A stretch of DNA of 64,000 bases, taken from assembly GCA_035502475.1 (NCBI GenBank), contig DATJUJ010000001.1, positions 27,907 through 91,906 of the forward strand, given 5' to 3'. The stretch comes from Thermoplasmata archaeon. GTDB lineage: Archaea; Thermoplasmatota; Thermoplasmata; Lutacidiplasmatales; UBA184. Under the pieces are notes generated by a model. It was not told where the DNA came from and did no database searches. It saw nothing but the letters and a program-made list of their open reading frames with translations. A program made the translations under genes and the position numbers. This document shows, one piece after another, positions 45,448 to 54,353 of this stretch (position 1 is its first letter; each line of letters opens with the position of its first letter).

Positions 45448-46880
45448 TCGGGCCCTCGCCGCCGTTCTGGCTGTTCGTCGTCCTCGCCGCGCCCGCGGGG
45501 GCCGCGGTCCTGTCGCTCATCCCGTCGAGTCGAGTGAGCGAAGCGGTCGCGCGCGGCGGATCGCTGGTGGCGCTCGCCGCCGCGATCGCGCTCCTCGTGG
45601 ACGGGGCTTCCGGGCTGTGGGGCCCGTACCTCGGCCTCGACGCCCTCAGCGACGTCTTCCTCGTCATGGTGACCGGCATCTACGCGACGTCGACGTTCTA
45701 CTCCGCGCGCTACCTCCGGGGGATCGAGCGGCCGTACCTCACGCCCCAGATCTACTACGGGCTCCTCAGCGCGTTCGCCTTCGCGATGATCGCCGTCCTC
45801 GTCGTCTCCGACCTCGGCCTCATGTGGATCGGCATCGAGGCGACCACGGTCGCCAGCGCTCTCCTGGTGGTCCTGGAGCGGCGGCCGACCAGCGTGGAGG
45901 CGGCGTGGCGGTACACTCTAGTCGCGTCCGCGGGGCTCACGATCGCGCTGTTCGCCCTACTCCTTCTCTACACCGATACCGGCACGCTCAACGCCTTCAC
46001 GCTCGCCGCGCAGAAGCCGGCGGTGACGCTGCCGGTCGAAATGGCCGTCTCGCTGGCGCTGGTCGGGTACGGGACGAAGGTCGGCCTCTTTCCCATGCAT
46101 ACCTGGCTCCCGGACGCGCATTCCGAGGCGCCGTCGCCGGTCTCGGCGATGTTCTCCGGCGTCCTCCTGCCGACGGCCCTCTATGCGTTCCTGCGGGTCT
46201 ACGCGATCCTGCCGGTGCCGGCCCCCGCCCCGATCGCGGACCTCGTCCTCGCCTTCGGGCTCCTGTCGGCGATCGTGGGCGCCTTCCTGCTTCAACGCCA
46301 GCGGTCGTTCAAGCGCATGCTCGCGTACTCGAGCATGGAGGTGATGGGGATCGCCGTCGTCGGCGTCGGGGTCGGCGGGATCGCGCTCTACGGCGCCCTG
46401 GTGCTGCTGTTCGCCCACGCCTTCGCGAAGTCCTCGGCGTTCTACTGCTCAGGGAACGTCCTCCAGACGACGGGCACGACGCGCATCGACGAGGTGCGGG
46501 ACCTCAAGACCCGCGTCCCCTGGACGGGCGGCGCGTGGATCCTCGCCGCCCTCGCGGTCACCGGAGCCCCGCCGTTCGGCACGTTCGTCGGCGAGCTCGT
46601 GATCATCACGGGCGCCGTGGGGCTCGGTGAGTATTGGATCGCCGCCGTCCTCGTCGGAGTGATCCTCGTCGCGTTCCTCGGGGTGAACGGCCAGATCGGC
46701 CTCATGGTCTTCGGGGAGCCGAGGGTGCCGACGGTTCGGTCGGAACCAGGCGGGGAACGCGGGGTCGGGATCGCCTACCTCAACCTCGTCGTCGCGCTCC
46801 TGGTCGGTGTCGCGGCCCTCCCCTACCTGTCGTCGGCCCTGCGGGCCGCCGCCCAGCTGCTGGGAGGTCAACTGCCGTGA
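45444..46880 (+). CDS. NuoN/NuoM/HyfF-like antiporter-type subunit
   Basis: 478 aa. WLPDAHSEAPSPVSA is the Mrp/Nuo antiporter signature. ATGA overlap with the upstream gene. Confidence 0.85.
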   Translation: MIGPSPPFWLFVVLAAPAGAAVLSLIPSSRVSEAVARGGSLVALAAAIALLVDGASGLWGPYLGLDALSDVFLVMVTGIYATSTFYSARYLRGIERPYLTPQIYYGLLSAFAFAMIAVLVVSDLGLMWIGIEATTVASALLVVLERRPTSVEAAWRYTLVASAGLTIALFALLLLYTDTGTLNAFTLAAQKPAVTLPVEMAVSLALVGYGTKVGLFPMHTWLPDAHSEAPSPVSAMFSGVLLPTALYAFLRVYAILPVPAPAPIADLVLAFGLLSAIVGAFLLQRQRSFKRMLAYSSMEVMGIAVVGVGVGGIALYGALVLLFAHAFAKSSAFYCSGNVLQTTGTTRIDEVRDLKTRVPWTGGAWILAALAVTGAPPFGTFVGELVIITGAVGLGEYWIAAVLVGVILVAFLGVNGQIGLMVFGEPRVPTVRSEPGGERGVGIAYLNLVVALLVGVAALPYLSSALRAAAQLLGGQLP

Positions 46881-48199
46881 CGCGAGCCCCCTGGACCCTC
46901 GTGGAGGCCGATCGGTTCGACGCGGGCCGGGCCGACCGGGCGCTCGCGTACTGGTCGCCGGATGGGCGCTTCGCGCTGTACAACGACTACCGGACCGGCC
47001 AGTCGTTCCTGGTCTCCGACCCGGGTCCGATCCCGGACCAGGGCCCGCCGTCGTGGTGGGCCCGGGGCGCCGGACCCGCTCGCCCGTTCTCGCTCGCGGA
47101 CCCGGCGCCGGTCGAGGGCTACGGAGTGTTCACCTTCCCGTACGGTCCCGTCTCGCTCGGCGTGGCCGAGTCGGGCCGATTCGACCTGCGCACCTACGGC
47201 GAGCGCATTCTGGCGGTCACGCCCATCGGAGGATTCAAGTCCCGACGCCTCCGCGCCGGGCTCGCTGGCCTCTCCCTCGCGGACGCCGGACTCCGGATCG
47301 AGCGCACCGTAGGCAACTTCGCCGCCGCGCACGTCGCCGCCTTTCTCGCCGCGGCGGAGAGCGCCGTCGGCGCCGAGGTGCCGCTCGAGGAGTTGTGGGT
47401 CCGGGCGTTCGCCCAGGAGCTCCAACGGATCTACAACCATCTGCACGTGATCGCCCGGATCGCGGAGGCGGCCAACCAGAACGTCGGCTCCGCCCAGGCG
47501 CATGCGCTCGCCGAGGAGATGGTGCGCTTCCAGGGCCGCGTCTTCGGGCACCGATGGCTCTTTGGGGCCCTGTTGCCGGGGGGACCCGCTCGGCGACTGG
47601 GGTCCGAGGACCGGCGCGCGATCCCGGGCTTCCTCACGGGGCACGAACAGGCGTTCGACCGGCTCTGGTCCCTCTTCCTCGAGTCGCGGACGTTCATCGA
47701 TCGGATCCAGGCGACCGCGCCCGTGCCTCGGGATCGGGCGGTCCGCCTCGGCGGGGTCGGGCCCACCCTCCGGGCTTCGGGGGTCGCGTGGGACGATCGC
47801 CTGCGCGTGCCGCACGCCCCGTACACCGACCTCTTCCTGACGCTGCCCCAGGAGTCGGCGGGAGATGCGCTCGCCCGGGTGCTGGTCCGGGTCCAGGAGA
47901 TCCGGGCGAGCTTCTCGTTGCTCGAGCAACTGCTCGAGCGGTGGCCGTCGAACGGGGCCGTCGGGACCCCGGACCCCCCGATCGCCCCCGGGCGGGGGCT
48001 CGCCCGCGTGGAGGCTCCTAGCGGGGACCTCGTGTACGACGTCACGGTCCGAGCCGGGCGGGTCGATCAGGTGGGGGTCCGGACCGCCAGCCAGGCGAAC
48101 TTCCCCCTGCTCGCCGAGGGACTCCGGGACCAGGTCTTCACCGACTTCCACTTCGCGTACGAGAGCTTCGGGCTCGTCTTCGCCGAGACGGACGGGTGA
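46877..48199 (+). CDS. NuoD / [NiFe]-hydrogenase large-subunit homologue lacking all metal-ligating cysteines
   Basis: GTG overlaps the upstream stop. FTFPYGPVSLGVAESGRFDL, ERTVGNFAAAH where group-4 enzymes have R-x-C-G-x-C-xx-H, and a C-terminus of FGLVFAETDG instead of DPCxxCxxR. The 440-aa translation contains no Cys. Confidence 0.8.
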   Translation: MTRAPWTLVEADRFDAGRADRALAYWSPDGRFALYNDYRTGQSFLVSDPGPIPDQGPPSWWARGAGPARPFSLADPAPVEGYGVFTFPYGPVSLGVAESGRFDLRTYGERILAVTPIGGFKSRRLRAGLAGLSLADAGLRIERTVGNFAAAHVAAFLAAAESAVGAEVPLEELWVRAFAQELQRIYNHLHVIARIAEAANQNVGSAQAHALAEEMVRFQGRVFGHRWLFGALLPGGPARRLGSEDRRAIPGFLTGHEQAFDRLWSLFLESRTFIDRIQATAPVPRDRAVRLGGVGPTLRASGVAWDDRLRVPHAPYTDLFLTLPQESAGDALARVLVRVQEIRASFSLLEQLLERWPSNGAVGTPDPPIAPGRGLARVEAPSGDLVYDVTVRAGRVDQVGVRTASQANFPLLAEGLRDQVFTDFHFAYESFGLVFAETDG

Positions 48200-48203
48200 A
48201 ACG

Positions 48204-48953
48204 ATGTCGACCTGGCTCGAAGCGTCGGTCCGACGGGGGATCCTCACGACGCGCTACCCCGCGTCGGCCGCGACGGCGGACGAGGTACCGGCGACTGGGC
48301 GGGGGCCGCGCGCCCGCCCCGGTGCGTCCGGCGGCGCCGCCCTCGCGGACGCCTGTCCGGTGGGTGCGATCGGGCCGGAGACGCTCGACCAGGGCCGGTG
48401 CATCCGGTGCGCCCGCTGCCTCCCGCGGGGGTTCGACTTCTCCGGACCGGTCGAGGCCTCCACCACCGACCGGGCGGCGCTCCTCGAGCCCCGCGCCGCG
48501 CCTCCGCTCCGGACCGCCGACTCCGAGGCACCGCTGCGCCCGTTCTCGCGGTCGCTCCATGTCTTCCTCGTGGACGTCGGGAGCTGCAACGCCTGCAACC
48601 TCGAGGTCCTGGCCCTCGCGAACCCGTACTATGACTCGCAGCGTCTCGGGATCTTCTTCACGAACTCTCCGCGCCACGCGGACGTGCTGCTCGTGGTCGG
48701 CGTGCCGACGCCCGAGATGGCGGAGCCGCTCCGTCGGGCGTTCGAGGCGCTGCCCGGGCCCAAGGCCGTGGTCGCGGTCGGTGCCTGCCCGATCAGCGGC
48801 GGCGTCTTCCGGGGTAACCCCGACCTGACGCCGTCCCTCGCGGACCTCGTCCCCGTCGATGTCTTCGTGCCCGGGTGCCCCCCGACGCCGTTGGGCGTGC
48901 TCGACGGGATCCTGAGAGCGGCCGGCCGGGCCCGTCGGGAGGCCGTCCCGTGA
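48204..48953 (+). CDS. NuoB/HycG-like small subunit fused to an N-terminal half-ferredoxin segment
   Basis: ACPVGAI...CIRCARCLP at the N-terminus, then GSCNACNLE, GACPISGG and PGCPP (proximal [4Fe-4S] ligands). Confidence 0.82.
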   Translation: MSTWLEASVRRGILTTRYPASAATADEVPATGRGPRARPGASGGAALADACPVGAIGPETLDQGRCIRCARCLPRGFDFSGPVEASTTDRAALLEPRAAPPLRTADSEAPLRPFSRSLHVFLVDVGSCNACNLEVLALANPYYDSQRLGIFFTNSPRHADVLLVVGVPTPEMAEPLRRAFEALPGPKAVVAVGACPISGGVFRGNPDLTPSLADLVPVDVFVPGCPPTPLGVLDGILRAAGRARREAVP

Positions 48954-50956
48954 GCGTCGATCTCGCCGGCGCGCTCCTCACCGCGGCGATCGCGGGCCTG
49001 TTCGCCGGGGCGCCGCTCGCGGTCGTCCGGCGGAGCGCCGGCTACGCAACGACCCTCGTGGCCTCGCTGCTCCTGCTCGTCGTCGCGGCCGACGCGCTGC
49101 GCGTCGGATCGGTCACCGGAGTCGCCTGGACCGGCCCGCTGGGCGACCCGGAGTCGCTGTCGCTCGACGGGCTGTCGGCCTTCTTCGCCCTCGCGGCCTC
49201 GGTCGTCTGGGCCGGGACCTCGGCGTACTCGCTCGCCTACGACACGCGGAGCTCGCCGCTGCTGCCGATCTGCTATGCGGTCACCCTTGGCGCGATCGCG
49301 CTCCTCGTGGCGGCCACGAACTGGTTCCTCTTCCTGGTCGGCTGGGAAACGATGACCCTCGCCTCGTACGGGATGATCTTGCAGGCGCGCGGGCGACCGG
49401 GGCGTGTGTTCTCGGCCTCGTTCGTCTTCCTGGCCTTCGGCGAGGCGAGCACGCTGTTCGTGATCGTCGCGGTCGCGGGGCTTCGGGTGGGCACCGGCTC
49501 GTTCGTCCAGCTGCCGTACCTCGCGACCGGCGCGGTCGCCACGCTCGTCTTCGTTGCGGCGCTCATCGGGTTCGGCCTCAAGATGGGCGTCGCGCCGTTC
49601 CACATGAGCGAGTGGCTGCCGATCGCTCACTCGTCCGCCCCGTCGAATGCCTCCGCCGTCCTCTCCGCGACGCTCACGCTCGCCGGGGCCTACGGCCTGT
49701 TCCGCGTGCTCAGCCTCCTCGCGGCCCCCCCGCTGTGGTGGGGGGCTCTCGTGCTCGGGATCGGGGCCGTCTCCGTGCTGCTGGGGGCGCTCTTCGCGGC
49801 GGTCAGCGAACACACGAAGGGGCTGCCCGCCTACAGCACGATCGAGAACAACGGGCTGATTCTCGTGGCGCTTGGGTCGGCCCTGCTCGCCCAGGCCGAG
49901 GGCCTCACGGCCCTCTACGCCTTCGCGCTGTTCGCGGCGTTCTACCAGGCGATCGCCCACGCGGTCGCGAAGACCGCGCTGTTCCTCTCGGCCGGCTACG
50001 TGGAGCACAGCACGGGGACGTTCGATCTCGGGGCCATCGAGGGCGGGTTCAAGCGGACCGACGGCGCGGCGTACGCGGGCAGCGTCGCCGCCACGCTGAG
50101 CCTGGCCGCCGCCCCCCCGCTCGCCGGATTCGTCAGCGAGTGGATGATCCTCGAGGCGCTCTTCCAGTCGTACCGCTTCCGGCCGGAGTGGGTCCAGTTC
50201 GTTGGACTGCTCGCCGGTGCCGCGGTCGCGCTCGCGGCCGGTCTCATCCTCGTTGCGATGACCAAGTACCTCGGGTTCTCCCTGCTGTGGAGCCCCGCGT
50301 CCCGGGGTCCTCAGGGCCGATCCGCCTTGCTCGGCGGCGTGCTCGGCGCCCTGGGGGCGGTGATCCTCGGGCTCGGTGTCGCGGCGCCCTGGGTGCTCGA
50401 GATGCTGGCGCCGACGGTCTCCGCCTTCGCCCGGGCGCCGATCGCGGTGCCCGTGGGACAGCTCTTGTCGGTGCCGAACGGCTGGTCGATCCTGTCCGGC
50501 GCCCCGTTCGGGATCCTCTCCCCGCCGGTGGTGCCGATCGCGCTCTCGATCGGGGCCGCCGTGGGCGCCGGCTACTGGCTGCTGGGCCGCGCGGGCCGTC
50601 GTCGCGTGCCGGTCTGGATGGCGGGCAGCGCCCCGGCCCGGACCGACGAGACCTACACGTCCTTCGGGTTCAGCAGCGGGATCCGGATCATGATGCGGTC
50701 GGTGCTCCAGACCCGCGAGGTGCGGGCGAGCACCCCGAGCGGCACGACGGCCGAGTTCGCCGGCGCCGTGCCGTACAGCGTCGATCTCGAGGTGCTCGAC
50801 GTGTTCAAGGTCTTCTACGACGGGCTCGTCAGCGGCGGCGCCCGGTTCTCGACGGCCCTCAAGACCGCGATCATGCCCGGCCGCCCGGGGCGTTACCTCG
50901 CCTACATCCTCATCGTCACCCTCGTCGTCGTGATCTACACCGCGGCCGTGGGCTAG
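48950..50956 (+). CDS. NuoL/HyfB-like antiporter-type subunit
   Basis: 668 aa, polytopic. GWETMTLASYGMI and WLPIAHSSAPSNASA. GTG overlaps the upstream stop. Confidence 0.85.
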   Translation: MSVDLAGALLTAAIAGLFAGAPLAVVRRSAGYATTLVASLLLLVVAADALRVGSVTGVAWTGPLGDPESLSLDGLSAFFALAASVVWAGTSAYSLAYDTRSSPLLPICYAVTLGAIALLVAATNWFLFLVGWETMTLASYGMILQARGRPGRVFSASFVFLAFGEASTLFVIVAVAGLRVGTGSFVQLPYLATGAVATLVFVAALIGFGLKMGVAPFHMSEWLPIAHSSAPSNASAVLSATLTLAGAYGLFRVLSLLAAPPLWWGALVLGIGAVSVLLGALFAAVSEHTKGLPAYSTIENNGLILVALGSALLAQAEGLTALYAFALFAAFYQAIAHAVAKTALFLSAGYVEHSTGTFDLGAIEGGFKRTDGAAYAGSVAATLSLAAAPPLAGFVSEWMILEALFQSYRFRPEWVQFVGLLAGAAVALAAGLILVAMTKYLGFSLLWSPASRGPQGRSALLGGVLGALGAVILGLGVAAPWVLEMLAPTVSAFARAPIAVPVGQLLSVPNGWSILSGAPFGILSPPVVPIALSIGAAVGAGYWLLGRAGRRRVPVWMAGSAPARTDETYTSFGFSSGIRIMMRSVLQTREVRASTPSGTTAEFAGAVPYSVDLEVLDVFKVFYDGLVSGGARFSTALKTAIMPGRPGRYLAYILIVTLVVVIYTAAVG

Positions 50957-51035
50957 TGCGCGCGGCCCGCTCACCCCGGATCGCACCGCCTTCGGCCGGG
51001 GGGTCGACCGGCGCTCCGGGGAGCGTACGGCCCCG

Positions 51036-52274
51036 ATGAGCGCCGCCGCTCCGGTGGAGGCCCCCCCGGCGCGGGCACGGCTCCCCCACGACGTCTGGGC
51101 GATCGCGTGGACGAGCCTGTTCTCCGACTGGAGCTACGAGATGCTCCTGCCGATCCTCCCGTTCTTTCTGGCCTTCGAGCTGGGCGCGAGCCCGCTCGTC
51201 ATCGGGGTCGTGGAGGGGCTCGCGATCTTCGTCCAGAGCCTGGCCCAGTTCGTTTCGGGCCTCCGCCTGGCGGCCCGCCCGGACCGCCGCTCGGTCGGGA
51301 CGGTCGGTTACGCGACCACGACCGGAGCGCACGCGCTCATCGCCCTCGCGACGGTCTGGCCGGTCGTGGCGGCCCTGCGTGCGGGCGCGTGGGCCGGACG
51401 CGGAGAGCGGCAGCCGATCAAGCGCGCGATCCTCGCCGACGCGTCGCGCCGGGTCGGCGCCGGTCGGTCGTTCGGGCTCGAGCAGATGTTCGACTCGCTG
51501 GGGGCGGTGGCCGGGACCGCCTCGGCGGCCGCGGTCGTCCTGACCGAGGGTCTCCCGGGGCTTCGGCTCGTGTTCGCGTTCAGCGTGCTGCCCGGGCTGG
51601 TGGCGGTCGTGCTGTTCCGTCGTCTGGTCCGGGACCAGGACCGACCCCTCCGGGCGCCGGTCGGCCCGGGCGGGCCCGCGCGCCCCGCGTTCTCCCGGGA
51701 GTTCCGCTGGTTCCTGGTCGCGACGACCGTCTTTGGGCTCGCGTTCTTCAACGTCCTCCTGGGGCTGCTCCGCGTGGGCACGGGGCTCGCCGCCGGCGGC
51801 ACCGGTGCCGTGAGCGCGGTGCTCGTCGCCCTCCTCGCCTACCTCCTCTACAACCTCGTCTACGCCGGGCTCGCGTACCCGTCGGGGCTGGTGGCGGACC
51901 GGTTCTCCTCGCTCGGGCTGGTGACGGCGAGCTTCCTTCTGTTCGCGGTGGTGGACGGGCTCTTTGCGCAGGCGCCGAGCGTACCGGTCGCCCTCGCGGC
52001 CTTCCTCCTGGCCGGGGCCCAGCTCGCGTTCCTCGACGTCGGCGCGGCCGCGTGGATCAGCCGCGCGGTGCCGTCGGCGGACCTCGGGGCGGCGTTCGGA
52101 TGGTTCGGCGCGGTGCAAGGCGGCGCATCCCTGGTCGCCTCGGTGCTGGTCGGGGCGCTGTGGACCTACGACTCCGCACCGCTCGCGTTCTCGGTCTCGG
52201 CGGTCCTGGCGATCGCCGGCGCGGCCTGCCTGGCGCCGATCGTCTTCGGGGCCCGGCGTCGCTCGGCTCCGTGA
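51036..52274 (+). CDS. MFS transporter
   Basis: 412 aa with about 12 helices and typical MFS organisation. Confidence 0.75.
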   Translation: MSAAAPVEAPPARARLPHDVWAIAWTSLFSDWSYEMLLPILPFFLAFELGASPLVIGVVEGLAIFVQSLAQFVSGLRLAARPDRRSVGTVGYATTTGAHALIALATVWPVVAALRAGAWAGRGERQPIKRAILADASRRVGAGRSFGLEQMFDSLGAVAGTASAAAVVLTEGLPGLRLVFAFSVLPGLVAVVLFRRLVRDQDRPLRAPVGPGGPARPAFSREFRWFLVATTVFGLAFFNVLLGLLRVGTGLAAGGTGAVSAVLVALLAYLLYNLVYAGLAYPSGLVADRFSSLGLVTASFLLFAVVDGLFAQAPSVPVALAAFLLAGAQLAFLDVGAAAWISRAVPSADLGAAFGWFGAVQGGASLVASVLVGALWTYDSAPLAFSVSAVLAIAGAACLAPIVFGARRRSAP

Positions 52275-52409
52275 CGGCCCGAGGGCGGTCGGGTGTGCGG
52301 GGTTCCGCGCGCCAGCAAACACTATCTATCCTCGCGCGAGACCGGAGGACGGCGATGGGGCTCGCCATAACCGCCGCTCCGCGGATGATGGCCCCTACAG
52401 CGGGTCCCC

Positions 52410-54197
52410 ATGTCGCCAGCTTCCGTCAGGTCGTCGCGCTCCGGGCCCGATAGCCCGCTCGCCGAACTCTCCGCGTTCGCCGCGTCGGCGGGCCAACCTG
52501 AGCTCGCCGGCGAGATCGCCGAGGCCGCCGGCGCCCTCGGCCGCGGGGAGCTCACGGTCGCGGTGCTCGGACAGTTCAAGCGAGGAAAGTCGTCGATCCT
52601 GAACGCCTTCGCAGGCCGCCCGGCGTTCCCGGTCGGGATCCTGCCGACGACCGCCGTGCCGACCGCGCTCGTGCGCGGGCCCGACGAGGTCCGGGTGCTC
52701 CACACGTCGGGCCAGACCGAGCGCGTGCCGCTCGACCGGGTGATCGAGTTCGTCTCGGAACAGCACAACCCGGGCAACCGTCGTGGGGTCGCACGCGTCG
52801 TGGTGTCCCAACCCTTGCCCGAGTGGACGCAGGGGATCACGTTCGTGGACAGCCCGGGGATCGGATCCGCCAGCGACGCGAACACCCGGTCCGCGCGCGC
52901 GCTCTTGCCAAGCGTCGATGCCGCCATCTTCGTGCTCTCCCCCGATCCCCCGATCACCGCCCCGGAGATCGCGTTCCTCTCGGACGTCTCCGCGCAGGCG
53001 GCCAAGTTCTTCTTCGTGGTCAACAAGATCGACCTGCTCGGACCCGCGGAGCGCGTCGAGCTGCTGGACTACCTCGGATCGGTGCTCCGGGAGCGGTGCG
53101 GGTTCGGGTCGGTCCGGCTCTTCCCGACCTCCGCGCGTCTCGGGCTCGCCGACCCCGGCCCCGGGCCCGCGGCCGACCGGACCGCCTCGGGCCTTCCCGA
53201 GCTCTGGGAGGCGTTACGCACCTTCCTCGGGCCCGGCCGAAGGGAAGCGGTGCAGCGGGTCCTTCGCGTGCGCGTCCGGCAGTTCGCGACGCGGCTCGAC
53301 GGGTGGATCTCGCTCGCCGTGAACGCCTCCCAGCTGACGTCGGACGAGCGCGAGCGCCGGTGGGCGGCGCTCGCGCGAGGGATGGACGATCTTCGGATCG
53401 AGCACCGGGCGACGCAGGCCATGATCGAAGGGGAGTTGCGGAGCCTCGAAGCCGATCTGCCGGCTCGGCTTTCGGCCGAGAGCACGGTCCGGGTCCTGCG
53501 CATCACCTCGGCGCTCCGCGCCCGCATTCCCCACCTCGCGGCCCGGACGGCGGGGGGCCTCGCGGGCGCCTTCGACGAGGCGTTCCGGGCCGGCGTGCGA
53601 CCGGAGGTCGCCGAGATCCGCTCCGCCGTGACGCAGGGCGTCGAGGCCGACCTTTCCCGGCTCGGGAACCTCTTCGAGGAGCGGATCCGCCGCGCGGCGG
53701 AGCGGTTGCGCGCCTTGGTCGCCCAGGAGTTCGGAGTCGAGCTCGCCCCCCCGGCGGTGCACGTCGTGCTCGGAGGGTCCGCCCGGTACTCGGATCGGGT
53801 GGAGGGCCTGTTCGAAGGCACGTTCGCCGGTCAGACCGTGCTGATCCTGCCGGCCCGGGTCCTTCGACCCGGACTCCTCCGTCGGACCCCCCAGCTCGTC
53901 GAGGAGGAGATGAGCGCCCAATCGGGCCGCCTCCGCAGCGACCTCGTCGAGCGGATCGAGCGCGCCTGGGCCGAGACCCGGGTCACGGTCACCGCCCAGG
54001 TCGATCGAGACCTCCGGGTGATCGAGGAAGCGGTCGCCGCAGGTCGGACCTCCCACGACGCGGGGCTGGAGGCGGCCGCCCGATGGCGGGGGCGCATGGA
54101 GGAGCTGCGGCGAGGCATCGCGGCGATCGCAGTCCCGGACGGGGAGGACGACGTGCGGCGCACCGCGTCCACACTGGGGAGGGCGGAACGTGCCTGA
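52410..54197 (+). CDS. Dynamin-like GTPase (bacterial dynamin-like protein family)
   Basis: 595 aa. G1 is GQFKRGKSS, G3 is FVDSPGIGS, G4 is VVNKIDLL. A long helical C-terminal region follows. Confidence 0.8.
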   Translation: MSPASVRSSRSGPDSPLAELSAFAASAGQPELAGEIAEAAGALGRGELTVAVLGQFKRGKSSILNAFAGRPAFPVGILPTTAVPTALVRGPDEVRVLHTSGQTERVPLDRVIEFVSEQHNPGNRRGVARVVVSQPLPEWTQGITFVDSPGIGSASDANTRSARALLPSVDAAIFVLSPDPPITAPEIAFLSDVSAQAAKFFFVVNKIDLLGPAERVELLDYLGSVLRERCGFGSVRLFPTSARLGLADPGPGPAADRTASGLPELWEALRTFLGPGRREAVQRVLRVRVRQFATRLDGWISLAVNASQLTSDERERRWAALARGMDDLRIEHRATQAMIEGELRSLEADLPARLSAESTVRVLRITSALRARIPHLAARTAGGLAGAFDEAFRAGVRPEVAEIRSAVTQGVEADLSRLGNLFEERIRRAAERLRALVAQEFGVELAPPAVHVVLGGSARYSDRVEGLFEGTFAGQTVLILPARVLRPGLLRRTPQLVEEEMSAQSGRLRSDLVERIERAWAETRVTVTAQVDRDLRVIEEAVAAGRTSHDAGLEAAARWRGRMEELRRGIAAIAVPDGEDDVRRTASTLGRAERA

Positions 54198-54353
54198 ATC
54201 GTCCCGGGCGGCGCCCCCCGTCGGAGAACCGTTCCTCGGTCGACGGGCGAGGTCCGCCGCTCCCGCGCCGGCCCGCTCCGCCCGGGCCGCTGGCCGCCCT
54301 CAACCCGCCGGGCCCCCGGGCGGGAGCGGGCGACGCGCCGACCCCACCCCGGG

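Noticed and set aside
46877-48199. Calling the cluster a formate hydrogenlyase / Ech-type [NiFe] hydrogenase
   Set aside because: The large-subunit homologue has no cysteine anywhere, so the Ni-Fe ligating CxxC pairs are absent. No hyp or formate dehydrogenase genes are nearby.
54198-54353. GC-rich imperfect inverted repeats in the 156-nt spacer between the dynamin and MutS-like A genes, considered as an attenuator or terminator
   Set aside because: The arms are imperfect (CCCGCCGGG versus CCCGGGCGGG). Such near-palindromes are expected by chance in this GC-rich sequence, and there is no oligo-T.
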